From: an uncultured Clostridia bacterium
Lineage (GTDB): Bacteria > Acidobacteriota > Blastocatellia > UBA7656 > JADIYM01
NCBI GenBank assembly: GCA_964641945.1
Contig: CAZXLQ010000001.1
Coordinates: 13,725 to 77,724, forward strand
Reading direction: 5' to 3'
Length of the DNA: 64,000 nucleotides
Part shown: positions 47,589 to 55,657 of the stretch, piece by piece
Numbering within the stretch: position 1 is the stretch's first letter
Layout of the letters: each line of letters begins with the position of its first letter
Notes under the pieces: model-generated
The model's input: the letters and a program-made list of their open reading frames with translations, nothing else
The model's database searches: none
Told to the model about the DNA's origin: nothing
Program-made: the position numbers and the translations under genes

Positions 47589-47659
47589 AGCGGGCGGCGA
47601 GAATCGAACTCGCTTGGCTGGGTTGGAAGCCCAGAGCCTAACCAGTCGGCCACGCCCGC
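47589..47659 (-). tRNA. tRNA-Gly(TCC)
   Basis: acceptor 7/7, loop CTTCCAA. Confidence 0.75.
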
Positions 47660-47822
47660 ATAGCCGGCGCAGGAGAAAGGCGGCTCCCTACGCCCACACC
47701 GTCATCGACGGCTCGGTCCTGCGACCGAGCGCTCCGCCCAACGCAGAGCCCCCGACCGGCATCGCACCGGCACCATCGTCCATACCAAGGACGCGTTCTT
47801 CTTCTTGAACTTCGGGGGCACA

Positions 47823-47895
47823 TGGACCTGGAGGGCTCCGCCCCCTCCGCCTCCTGCTTGCAAGGCAGGCGCTCTCCTGAATGAGCTACAGGCCC
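47823..47895 (-). tRNA. tRNA-Ala(TGC) with G3:U70, non-canonical T-loop GGCGGAG
   Basis: anticodon arm cctgc/TTGCAAG/gcagg, D-arm gctc..gagc, acceptor GGGCCUG with G3-U70. Confidence 0.55.
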
Positions 47896-47898
47896 AGA

Positions 47899-47970
47899 TC
47901 GTCGCGCCGGGTTCCGCCCCCGGGGCCTCCTGCGTGTCGAGCAGGCCTCTTCTGACTGAGCTACGCGACG
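47899..47970 (-). tRNA. tRNA-Val(GAC)-like, non-canonical T-loop GGCGGAA, C33
   Basis: acceptor 7/7 (47900-06 vs 47964-70). Confidence 0.5.
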
Positions 47971-47974
47971 AGAA

Positions 47975-48050
47975 CTCCCGCGGTGGGAATCGAACCCACG
48001 CCATCGTGCCCACGGCACCTTGTTGGGAAACGCGCTTCCCTAGCGACCAG
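47975..48050 (-). tRNA. tRNA-like element: canonical 3' half, 5' end unresolved
   Basis: T-arm gtggg/AATCGAA/cccac; only 7/7 acceptor partner lies 210 nt away at 48185-48191. Confidence 0.3.
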
Positions 48051-48191
48051 GGATCTCCTTGCCATTCGGTGCATCCGCAACCCGCGGTGCCTACCCACAC
48101 CCCGAGGACAGCCCCAAGTAGCAGGCGGCCCGATGCCTTTTACGGTGATCGGCTCCGTTTTTCCGACGTTCTGCCTCTGAACTACGCGGGA

Positions 48192-48264
48192 TGGAGCAGT
48201 CGGGGATCGAACCCGCCACAGCCCGCGTATCAGACGGGCCAGGACAACCAGTCACTTCCGCTCC
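48192..48264 (-). tRNA. tRNA-Ile(GAT)
   Basis: loop CTGATAC; acceptor pairs with one G-U. Confidence 0.7.
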
Positions 48265-48268
48265 GAAG

Positions 48269-48343
48269 CATCCCCAGCGCGACTCGAACACGCGACCTGA
48301 TCTTTAGGAAAGATCTGCTCTGATCCAACTGAGCTATGGGGAC
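48269..48343 (-). tRNA. tRNA-Arg(CCT)
   Basis: loop TTCCTAA; D-arm gctc/gagc. Confidence 0.7.
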
Positions 48344-48426
48344 ACGATCTGGTAGACGGGACCTGCCCCCGCTTGACCTGGAGCCACAATCCAGGGCCTC
48401 GACTACTTCGGCCTCTACCAGCATGA

Positions 48427-48497
48427 GAGCGGATGGGGAGAATCGAACTCCCAGAGTCGCGCTGGCAACGCGACCGCCTCACCATCGGCAACATCCG
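48427..48497 (-). tRNA. tRNA-Gly(GCC)
   Basis: acceptor 7/7, loop TTGCCAG. Confidence 0.75.
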
Positions 48498-48501
48498 CAA
48501 C

Positions 48502-48574
48502 ATGGACCTCAGCGGGGTCGAACCGCTGACCTCCTCGATGCCATCGAGGCGCTCTCCCAACTGAGCTAGAGGCC
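48502..48574 (-). tRNA. tRNA-Ala(GGC) with G3:U70
   Basis: loop ATGGCAT; acceptor GGGCCUC with G3-U70. Confidence 0.7.
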
Positions 48575-48638
48575 CGAAGAAGATCCGACGAACCGAAACT
48601 GCTCGGTGGTTGGGGATTGTTGGTGCGCCGGACCTTCA

Positions 48639-48710
48639 TCTGGGTGACTGGAATCGAACCAGCCGAGACGAGCACCCAAAGCTCGTGCCGCACCTTGCGG
48701 CTCCACCCAG
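48639..48710 (-). tRNA. tRNA-Pro(TGG)
   Basis: acceptor 7/7, loop TTTGGGT. Confidence 0.7.
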
Positions 48711-48714
48711 GGAC

Positions 48715-48788
48715 CGCCTCGTAGGGGGATTGAACCCCTCTCGACACCGCTCGACAAGCGGCCGGCGTCCCCAGACGCCTCACGAGGC
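48715..48788 (-). tRNA. tRNA-Asp(GTC)
   Basis: acceptor 7/7, T-loop TTCAATC, loop TTGTCGA. Confidence 0.7.
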
Positions 48789-48816
48789 ATTGGCGCGGCG
48801 AATCGTCGACGCGCGA

Positions 48817-48889
48817 TGGGACGTCTCGGAGTCGAACCGAGTTCTGTGGATCTTCAGGCCACCGCAATGACCGCACTTGCTCACGTCCC
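48817..48889 (-). tRNA. tRNA-Phe(GAA)
   Basis: acceptor 7/7, loop CTGAAGA. Confidence 0.7.
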
Positions 48890-48931
48890 AAGCGGGAAAC
48901 GCAGAGGCGCAAGCGTCTCCACGTGACCCCA

Positions 48932-49003
48932 CAGGCCGTGCAGGAGTCGAACCATGCTCGACGACGGATTTGGAGTCCGTCCGGCTGCCTCAGCCTACGG
49001 CCT
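48932..49003 (-). tRNA. tRNA-Trp(CCA)
   Basis: acceptor 7/7, loop CTCCAAA, imperfect T-stem. Confidence 0.65.
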
Positions 49004-49007
49004 GTAG

Positions 49008-49081
49008 CTCCAGGGGTCGGTGACGATCCGACAAGCACTCCGGTAACAGCGGAGCGGCTAGCCAACTTTGCCTTCCCTGGA
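49008..49081 (-). tRNA. tRNA-Asn(GTT), atypical T-loop ATCGTCA
   Basis: acceptor 7/7, loop CTGTTAC. Confidence 0.6.
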
Positions 49082-49139
49082 ATAGCGGACGCCCTCACGG
49101 ACGCCCGCGCTCTACTTCTTCAGTTTTCAGAGAGCCGAG

Positions 49140-49210
49140 TTCCGGCGCCAGGAATCGAACCTAGATTTTCGCGTTCAGAGCGCGACGGCCTGCCGTTAGC
49201 CGAAACCGGA
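49140..49210 (-). tRNA. tRNA-Gln(CTG)
   Basis: loop CTCTGAA, acceptor 6/7. Confidence 0.65.
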
Positions 49211-49281
49211 TGGGCTGCCAGGGAATCGAACCCTGCACGGCCTGAGTAAGAATCAGGTCCCTCCCTTGAGGGGTGCAGCCC
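49211..49281 (-). tRNA. tRNA-Lys(CTT)
   Basis: acceptor 7/7, loop TTCTTAC. Confidence 0.7.
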
Positions 49282-49660
49282 GCTGCTTCGATCTGGTCTT
49301 TCTGCTTTGCGCGGCGCTCGCCGCCCTGCATTCGTCACACCTGCGTCCGTGCCGGTACATCGCGAACGTTCCGTGCTTGCGAAGTTCGCGACCGAGATCC
49401 TCCTTGACCGTCTTCTCTGTGTGACATCGAGAGCAAAGAAGCTGACAGAGCTTCAGCTCCTTCATGAAGCGAGACATGCCGCAGCCGTACATTCGACTGA
49501 ATGGCATGGTCTTTTTCTTTCGATCGATATGATCCACCTCCAGACCATCAACACTGTCACAGCGAGCGCACTTGCCGCCCAGAACAGCAATCGCCAACTC
49601 GCGCCGCTCGTGGTAGCGACGCTTCATGTAGACCCTCATGTGTGCCGCGTTACTCGACAT
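49253..49660 (-). CDS. HNH endonuclease
   Basis: LEVDHIDRKK..CQLLCSRCH; 3' end overlaps tRNA-Lys. Confidence 0.75.
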   Translation of the reverse strand: MSSNAAHMRVYMKRRYHERRELAIAVLGGKCARCDSVDGLEVDHIDRKKKTMPFSRMYGCGMSRFMKELKLCQLLCSRCHTEKTVKEDLGRELRKHGTFAMYRHGRRCDECRAASAAQSRKTRSKQRAAPLKGGT

Positions 49661-49686
49661 CGTCCTTGGGAGCGAGAGGAGTCGAA

Positions 49687-49758
49687 CCTCCGCAGTCCGG
49701 AGTAAAGGTCCGGTGTCCAGCCATCAGACGCCGCTCCCGCGTTCACGCGGCAGCGCGT
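49687..49758 (-). tRNA. tRNA-Lys(TTT)-like (C33)
   Basis: acceptor 7/7, loop CCTTTAC. Confidence 0.55.
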
Positions 49759-49940
49759 TTCTCCTCTCTCTTCTCGCCGACACCGCGGACCGTGCGGCGA
49801 TCCGCGTCGGACATGACCCGCCAGAGCCCGTCCAGCTCGTCCTGAAGACGATCGACCTCGTCCTCTCCACCACGCAGATGCGCCTGCCTGAGGCGCTCCC
49901 GCGCCCGCTTGTACCTCTCGACGATGTGATGGGTGCTCAT
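49743..49940 (-). CDS. doubtful small ORF between tRNAs
   Basis: 65 aa. Confidence 0.3.
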   Translation of the reverse strand: MSTHHIVERYKRARERLRQAHLRGGEDEVDRLQDELDGLWRVMSDADRRTVRGVGEKREEKRAAA

Positions 49941-49960
49941 GATCTTGTTCCTGTTGCTGT

Positions 49961-50041
49961 TGGAGCCGCTTGGAATCGAACCAAGTCTCCCCGGAGGGAG
50001 CGGATTTACAGTCCGCCTGCGACACCAGCCGCATCGACTCC
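49961..50041 (-). tRNA. tRNA-Tyr(GTA), class II with variable-arm hairpin
   Basis: loop CTGTAAA, variable stem ctccc/gggag, acceptor pairs with one G-U. Confidence 0.7.
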
Positions 50042-50249
50042 AGAAACGACGAAGGCCGCCTGGTTTCCCTGGCGGCCTCCGTAGGTTCTGGGACTTTAGG
50101 TCCTCTTTCTACGATGCCGCCTCCGCTTCCCGGATGCTGGGCTTCTGGTTGCGGTCGACCTGGTGCCACGTCGGGCGCACCTCGGTCGACCCGCCCAGAA
50201 GGCGGGTACCGAGATACATCGTCGCGAACCTGGATGACAACATGGTCCC

Positions 50250-51700
50250 CTACTCATGCCAGATGTCCGACAGGCCGTCAAGCGAAAAAGTGATCGTTCT
50301 TTCGACCCACACTTCCCTACGAATCGTCGGGGCTCTCGATCGGCGCTCGTCGGGTCGGACCCTCCAGTTTGCCATCCGGACCACATTCTTCTTGTAGGAC
50401 TTCGGGCACTGGGGTCATCCCTCTTCGGGCCGCTCAGGTCGCTGCACAACCGACCCGAGCGAGCACCACGCTCGTACCGAGCGCCTTCACATTCTGAGCC
50501 GCGTTCACGTCACGGTCCACCACGTATCCGCACGGGCAGCGGTGCTCACGGACGCTCAGGTCCTTGGGCACCACGATTCCGCACCGGCTACAGCGCTGGC
50601 TCGTGCCGCGAGCATCGACCGCCACACACCACTTGCCGGCACTCTCAGCCTTGCAAGCTACGGCATGCACCAGCGTGCTCCACGCAGCATCCGTCACCGA
50701 CTTGGCCAGCACACCAGCCGCCAAGCCCTTCACGTTCAAGTCTTCGACTGCGATGACGTCATACTTCGCCACCAACACGCACGCGAGCTTGCGTGCGAAG
50801 TCGAGCCGTTGCTGCCGCACGTGGGCATGCGCCTTGGCCACGAGCCGCTGAGCGACCCTGGCCCCCTGCGTGGACTTCTGCCCGCGGCGCCGTCGCCGCG
50901 CCAGGCGCTGTTGGCGCATGGCCAACTGGTCTTCGGCCTTTCGGAAGAACCGCGGCGCGGCGATGGTCTCGCTGTCGCTCGTCGCCACCAGCGACGTAAG
51001 CCCCACGTCGATTCCGACCACGCTCTGAGCGGCCTCGGCTGCCGGCACCTTTGGTGGTGCGGCGCCCAGGTCGCAACTGAAGCACACGAACCAGCGGCCG
51101 GTCGCTTCGCGGCGGACGGTAACGTTGCGGATGGCACCCGTGAGCGACCGGTACTCGTGGAACCGCACCAGGCCGAGCTTGGGGATACGGACGTGCGCCG
51201 AGCGCGTGCCGCGCTGAGCGGCGACCGGCGCAACTCGGCCGACCTCGAAGCTGTCGTAGCGAGAAAGCGACCGGAAGCGAGGGTAGCCCGGCTTCTGGCC
51301 CGCCTTCACGCGGCGGAAGAACGCCTGGAAGGCGCGATCGCAGCGACGGAGCGCCGAACGTTCGACCTCGACGGGGATGCTGGCGATGATCTCGTCGGAA
51401 GACCGGAGCGAGGTCAGCTCGGCGGTTTGGCTGTTGTAGGTCACGATCGGCGCGGGCTTGCGCTCGACGCCGCGATCGGTGGCCGCCTGCCGCTGGCGCT
51501 TCTCGTGCTCCCACGCGTCTCGCCGGTGCTGGAGCGCGGCGTTGTAGAGCTGCTGGCAGGTCCGCAGCCAAGAACCGAGCGTGGTCTCCTGGGCGACGGT
51601 CGGATGTAGCGGGTAGCGGAAGGTGCGGAGCAAGAGGGGTATGGTGTGAAGGGCAAAGTCAAATGTCAAATGCCTCCACTACCCGGACTCGCACAGGCGA
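50250..51700 (-). mobile_element. IS200/IS605-family TnpB-only element (IS1341-like remnant; ends not defined)
   Basis: tnpB with no tnpA; expected omegaRNA region downstream of tnpB 3' end at about 50250-50480. Confidence 0.45.
50434..51669 (-). CDS. tnpB: TnpB (OrfB) RuvC-like transposon-associated nuclease
   Basis: N-terminal RTFRYPLHPT..QLYNAAL; C-terminal zinc finger CSRCG..CPCGYVVDRDVNAAQN. Confidence 0.85.
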   Translation of the reverse strand: MTFDFALHTIPLLLRTFRYPLHPTVAQETTLGSWLRTCQQLYNAALQHRRDAWEHEKRQRQAATDRGVERKPAPIVTYNSQTAELTSLRSSDEIIASIPVEVERSALRRCDRAFQAFFRRVKAGQKPGYPRFRSLSRYDSFEVGRVAPVAAQRGTRSAHVRIPKLGLVRFHEYRSLTGAIRNVTVRREATGRWFVCFSCDLGAAPPKVPAAEAAQSVVGIDVGLTSLVATSDSETIAAPRFFRKAEDQLAMRQQRLARRRRRGQKSTQGARVAQRLVAKAHAHVRQQRLDFARKLACVLVAKYDVIAVEDLNVKGLAAGVLAKSVTDAAWSTLVHAVACKAESAGKWCVAVDARGTSQRCSRCGIVVPKDLSVREHRCPCGYVVDRDVNAAQNVKALGTSVVLARVGCAAT

Positions 51701-51797
51701 CCAACGTCCTCCAGCATCTTCGCCTTGGTTTAGATCGGAACGTCGCCGGGCAACATAACTAGCTTCGTCCTCTTGTACCTGGAGAGATTCCCGCCCT

Positions 51798-52112
51798 TCA
51801 CGACTGCTCCACATCCGCGACGTGCTCCGGCCCGAACACGACTTCATCGCCCCAACGCAAGCCGAGGATGGTGGCCGGATGGTTCTTGAGCTTGCCCTTG
51901 TACTCAACCCCGTTCGCAGTCCTGGACCTCGATGAAATCTCCACCCACATCCGCTCGCCAGCGGGCTTTCCGCCGATCATCGAGCCGATGAAGATGAGCT
52001 TCACCAGATCTTTCGCTCGCAAGTCTTCGCGGAGCGAACGCTCGGGGATTTGGAACGTCGAGTAGTGACGATCGTTCTGCGCTTCAGCAGATTCGAGATG
52101 CCACGGCTTCAC
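51798..52112 (-). CDS. hypothetical protein (GTG start, GAGGAG RBS)
   Basis: GTGA overlap with upstream stop; ORF-track N-terminal extension rejected. Confidence 0.5.
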   Translation of the reverse strand: MKPWHLESAEAQNDRHYSTFQIPERSLREDLRAKDLVKLIFIGSMIGGKPAGERMWVEISSRSRTANGVEYKGKLKNHPATILGLRWGDEVVFGPEHVADVEQS

Positions 52113-52531
52113 AGTTCGTACTCCTCGACCAGCTCCAGAAATCGATCTGGTTCGCAGATCATCGTGTCGCTGCCACTCGGGTAGTTCGATGGTACGTGCC
52201 AGCCGTCCACGCCGGACACGCGGCACACTTGCTCGGCAAGCTCGAAAACCCCTGGCTCAGCCTCCTCACCGAGTTTTTGCTCGACCCAATGCGACAGGTT
52301 TCGCATGTCCGTCTCTTCGCTGATGATAATCAGCCGAGGGGCTTCGATGATCTTGAACGCCAGCACGCGCGGAGGACCGCCGCCTTGGTTCCACGTCGTG
52401 AACTCACGTGCAACCGTCTCGGCGTCTGAGACCCATGCTGGACCACGCAGCTCAGTAAACCTCTCCATCGCACTCGTCCCGTGATAGACGAGCGTTCCCT
52501 TCCGAAGAGGCTTCCGGATCGACAGCTTCAT
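52109..52531 (-). CDS. hypothetical protein with YHGTS motif
   Basis: start at MKLSIRK (uncertain). Confidence 0.45.
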   Translation of the reverse strand: MKLSIRKPLRKGTLVYHGTSAMERFTELRGPAWVSDAETVAREFTTWNQGGGPPRVLAFKIIEAPRLIIISEETDMRNLSHWVEQKLGEEAEPGVFELAEQVCRVSGVDGWHVPSNYPSGSDTMICEPDRFLELVEEYEL

Positions 52532-52745
52532 GCGGCGGTGTGAACAACACAGCAGAGGTAAGCCCCCGCCTGGCATCCTCGAAGACACGACTCGGGCATG
52601 TGAACGGCTCCGCAGCCACACCGGCCCGGAGACAACGACGAGCCGCACCCTGAACAGACCCACCTGTGCTCGCTCTCAGAGCGTCCGCAGTTTGCGCACG
52701 GATCGAACCTACCGGGATGAGGGTCGAACGTGAGCTGCTTGGTGA

Positions 52746-53561
52746 TCATCTCTTCCATTCGCTCGCGCTCCCGTGTCGGAATGCTTCCTTGAGAACCTCG
52801 CCGACCAGACCCTCTGACGAACGGTGCCACATGTACTCGATCTTGGCCCTTGAGAAAGGACGCACGGTCAGATGTGTAGGCACAAAATCGTCTTCCAGAT
52901 CACTTCCTTCCTCGACGCATTCGATCGTGAAGATGTCGTCGATGCCTAGCAGGTCTTCGACCGCTCCTTCGGCATCAAACACATCGGTCAGGTGCAAGCT
53001 GCCGAAGCCCAGACGATCAGCGACTCGGCTGACCGCCGGAGCGTCCGCAAAGATGAAGGTGTCCGCGGCCAAACGATCGGCGCATTCAAGCGTCGGTTCC
53101 CACTCAAACTCTTTCCTGAACCAGGCGAGAGATCCCTCAAAGATTCCCCAGGGCTCCTCATCGTCTTCGTACTCCTCGTACTCCTCGTCTTTGACGACGT
53201 ACTTGAACTCTCCACCCGCAGCTTTGCCCATCGATCTGCGCACCAGATAGTTCAAGATCTTCAACGCTTCCACCTGATCGATGCCGCCTTCTTCGTACCT
53301 CAGCGATCGAAGCACATCGCCAAAAGACATCCATGGCCACAGCCACGACAGTCGGCTACCGCCGTCATGGATGACGGCTGCATGCACCATCGACGATGGG
53401 AGAAAATGGGCCCTGGAAAGTTCCTTGCTGCGAGACCAAGGATCTCCTGGAACAGCCGAGTAGACCAACGCAGCACCCAAGCATGGGGTGAAGGACAAGG
53501 CTTTCCTGGCTGACCTCGTCGGATCTTCCGACTGAGTGCCACGGAAAACGAAGTCGCTCAC
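52746..53561 (-). CDS. hypothetical protein with acidic EEYEEYEDDEE stretch
   Basis: 271 aa. Confidence 0.5.
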   Translation of the reverse strand: MSDFVFRGTQSEDPTRSARKALSFTPCLGAALVYSAVPGDPWSRSKELSRAHFLPSSMVHAAVIHDGGSRLSWLWPWMSFGDVLRSLRYEEGGIDQVEALKILNYLVRRSMGKAAGGEFKYVVKDEEYEEYEDDEEPWGIFEGSLAWFRKEFEWEPTLECADRLAADTFIFADAPAVSRVADRLGFGSLHLTDVFDAEGAVEDLLGIDDIFTIECVEEGSDLEDDFVPTHLTVRPFSRAKIEYMWHRSSEGLVGEVLKEAFRHGSASEWKR

Positions 53562-53803
53562 CGAACCACCCGCAGCCTCTTCCCGTCGGCTGCCCGTACC
53601 TTGTCATCACCGGCGAGAACCCAGTTGTTGCAGCAACCATAGGTCTTCACTGGCACCTTCAACCCCAAGCACCAGCCATCCTTGTCGCCGCGGTAATCGA
53701 GCTTCGAGCACGTGCCGCAGAAGTAGCCGGGGCCCGCATGAGAGAAGCCCTCGACCTGAACGTAGCCTGCCGATTGCTTGATCTTGCGTTCCTCGGGAGT
53801 CAT
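53558..53803 (-). CDS. small Cys-rich protein
   Basis: CGTC..CC; ATGA overlap. Confidence 0.45.
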   Translation of the reverse strand: MTPEERKIKQSAGYVQVEGFSHAGPGYFCGTCSKLDYRGDKDGWCLGLKVPVKTYGCCNNWVLAGDDKVRAADGKRLRVVR

Positions 53804-54162
53804 CGGCGTCCTCCGTCACTACGTCTTGATCGATTCCACTCGCTGAGGTAGCGCGCGGCGGCATCCAGATCATCGCCACCTCGAAGCCGTTCGTACTCTT
53901 CGCGCTGACGAGCATCGAAGGCCGCCATGTCGTCCTCGAACTTCTCCTCGATCTCCTCGATCCTGGCCCGGCCATCGACGAGCGCCGCATCCAGACGAGC
54001 AGAAATCTCGTCCTCGCCGGGCCCGGCATCGATCCCGATGACCACTCCGGGGTCGACTACCACCGTCGGACCTGCACACCGAGTCCCGCCGTAGAACATC
54101 GCAATGGCCAGCAACAGAGCCGCCACCCCGAGAAGAATCCCTTGCGTCCTTGAAATCGTCAC
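53800..54162 (-). CDS. N-terminal TM plus coiled-coil protein (GTG start)
   Basis: GTGA overlap with 36-aa peptide ORF; ILLGVAALLLAIAMF. Confidence 0.45.
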   Translation of the reverse strand: MTISRTQGILLGVAALLLAIAMFYGGTRCAGPTVVVDPGVVIGIDAGPGEDEISARLDAALVDGRARIEEIEEKFEDDMAAFDARQREEYERLRGGDDLDAAARYLSEWNRSRRSDGGRR

Positions 54163-54268
54163 AGTTCGTCCGGGGACACGAAGAAGGCGCCGAGCAGCGC
54201 GAGACACCCGAGGGCAATGACCAGAACCAGTGCCACCACTACTGCCAGGATCATGGACAGGACCGTCA
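54159..54268 (-). CDS. 36-aa hydrophobic TM peptide
   Basis: AAGGAG RBS 8 nt upstream; MTVLSMILAVVVALVLVIALGCLALLGAFFVSPDEL. Confidence 0.4.
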
Positions 54269-54272
54269 TGCC

Positions 54273-54797
54273 TCACTCCTTGGGCATCGCGCCATTGTCC
54301 TCTGCCTCGGGTTCGAGCTTGTCGGCCAACGAGTCGTCGGTCGGCGGAGGCGGAGGAGGGTCCGACTTCACGCCCAGGCGCTGTTTGGCGAAGGAGACGA
54401 CGATCTCCGACAGGCGCTTGCCGATCTCGTAGACCTGTCCGCTCAACGCTCCAGCCAGCGCAAACCATAGAACATGCGCTGGAACCGAATCGGGTACCCA
54501 TGCGGCTGCTGGGATGGGCGCCAGCCCAGCGAGGCCTCCGACCACTACCGGATGCATCGAGATGGTCGCACGCCAGAAGCGGTACCAGATGGGAAGCTTC
54601 GGGTCGGCCACAATCTCTGCAACGCTCTGTCGGCTGCCTCGCCCCTCCGCGGCCTCCGCAGCCCGTTCGGCAGGGACCACCACAGCGACGAGTCGCTTCG
54701 CCGCAATCCCCCCAAGCGCTACGCCGATCGAGACCGCCACGAAGCTCCAGAACTGCTCCAGAAAGTAGACGACCTTTCCGCTTGCGATCTCTTCCAT
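54273..54797 (-). CDS. multi-pass membrane protein
   Basis: at least 3 hydrophobic segments; poly-Pro tail. Confidence 0.55.
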   Translation of the reverse strand: MEEIASGKVVYFLEQFWSFVAVSIGVALGGIAAKRLVAVVVPAERAAEAAEGRGSRQSVAEIVADPKLPIWYRFWRATISMHPVVVGGLAGLAPIPAAAWVPDSVPAHVLWFALAGALSGQVYEIGKRLSEIVVSFAKQRLGVKSDPPPPPPTDDSLADKLEPEAEDNGAMPKE

Positions 54798-55035
54798 GAT
54801 AGGCGGATTCTACTGCATCACCGGCCCAACATCGAGAACCGACGGACTAGCCCAGGTTCTCCGACCTCGTCGGAAAGCCGCGCGCCGAGCAGGATGAGCG
54901 CGTTGTCCAGCTCACCGGCCCAACGACCACAGGCCACGCACTGCCAACGCATGGTGCATGGGAGAGGTGGCCCGTTGAATGAGAGTCGCCAAATCACGCA
55001 TGAGCACTGCGGCTTCTGATTCTCCCGGTAGGGGC

Positions 55036-55461
55036 TCAACCGAACCTCGGCGTGTTGTAGTAGTTGGACAGCCCGGAACCCCAGAGGCCGAGGCCCTTGA
55101 TGCACCTCAGGCACTGCACGCTCTTCTTCTTCCGGGTCACGTGCGAGCCGTCCGTTCGGGCGCCACACAGAGGCAAGCCGTCGTCCGACCGAAAGTGCTT
55201 CGGCTTGACGTACGAGTTTCGGCTCCGCACTCGCGCCTGCACTCGCGCGGCGAGCTTGAACGTCCGCAGGGCCTCCTCGGCTGCTTCGACCGGGTCTTCG
55301 ATCGACTTGACCAGCTTGACGAGCTGATGAGCCAGCGGAAGGCTGGCCAACCGCACAGCCGAGGCGAACTGCTTTCTACTCATCCGCATCGACGTTCTTT
55401 CGTCTGCTGCGGCTCCGCGGAGCATGCGTGCTCGGGTGGCCCTTTGGTCCCCAGTCAGCAT
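55036..55461 (-). CDS. hypothetical protein (start uncertain)
   Basis: 141-aa ORF. Confidence 0.4.
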   Translation of the reverse strand: MLTGDQRATRARMLRGAAADERTSMRMSRKQFASAVRLASLPLAHQLVKLVKSIEDPVEAAEEALRTFKLAARVQARVRSRNSYVKPKHFRSDDGLPLCGARTDGSHVTRKKKSVQCLRCIKGLGLWGSGLSNYYNTPRFG

Positions 55462-55657
55462 ATCTCGTCCGCAGCTTCCTGATGCTCTTTGAGTCGCGCG
55501 TCCGAACTGTACTCGGCCACGGGAAGCGACCCCGCCACCTCTCCGGAATCACCACAACCTTGCCACGCCGAACGCGGACGACCGGAGCAGTTCCGCCAGC
55601 CAGCCGGCGTACAACTTCCTCACGCGTAGCTTCCCCTGTCCACGTCTTCTTCATCGT

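Noticed and set aside
44364-49098. Long ORFs inside the tRNA array (44364-44906+, 44452-44964+, 45987-46583-, 47702-48100-, 48415-49098-, 46513-46953+)
   Set aside because: They run through multiple tRNA genes and are Arg/Pro-rich; only the four HNH ORFs and a few small ORFs have protein-like sequence.
50054-50078. Hairpin GGCCGCC..GGCGGCC between TnpB and tRNA-Tyr as an intrinsic terminator
   Set aside because: No convincing U-tract on either strand; it may instead be part of the TnpB omegaRNA or IS end, and is mentioned only in the TnpB finding.
52109-52531. Third ADP-ribosyltransferase (YHGTS motif)
   Set aside because: Only the HG(T/S) block is recognisable and the remaining catalytic blocks are not convincing; kept as a hypothetical protein.
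54818-55654. ORFs 54818-55168(-) and 55376-55654(-)
   Set aside because: Pro/Arg-rich, overlapping the better candidate 55036-55461; treated as non-coding or uncertain.
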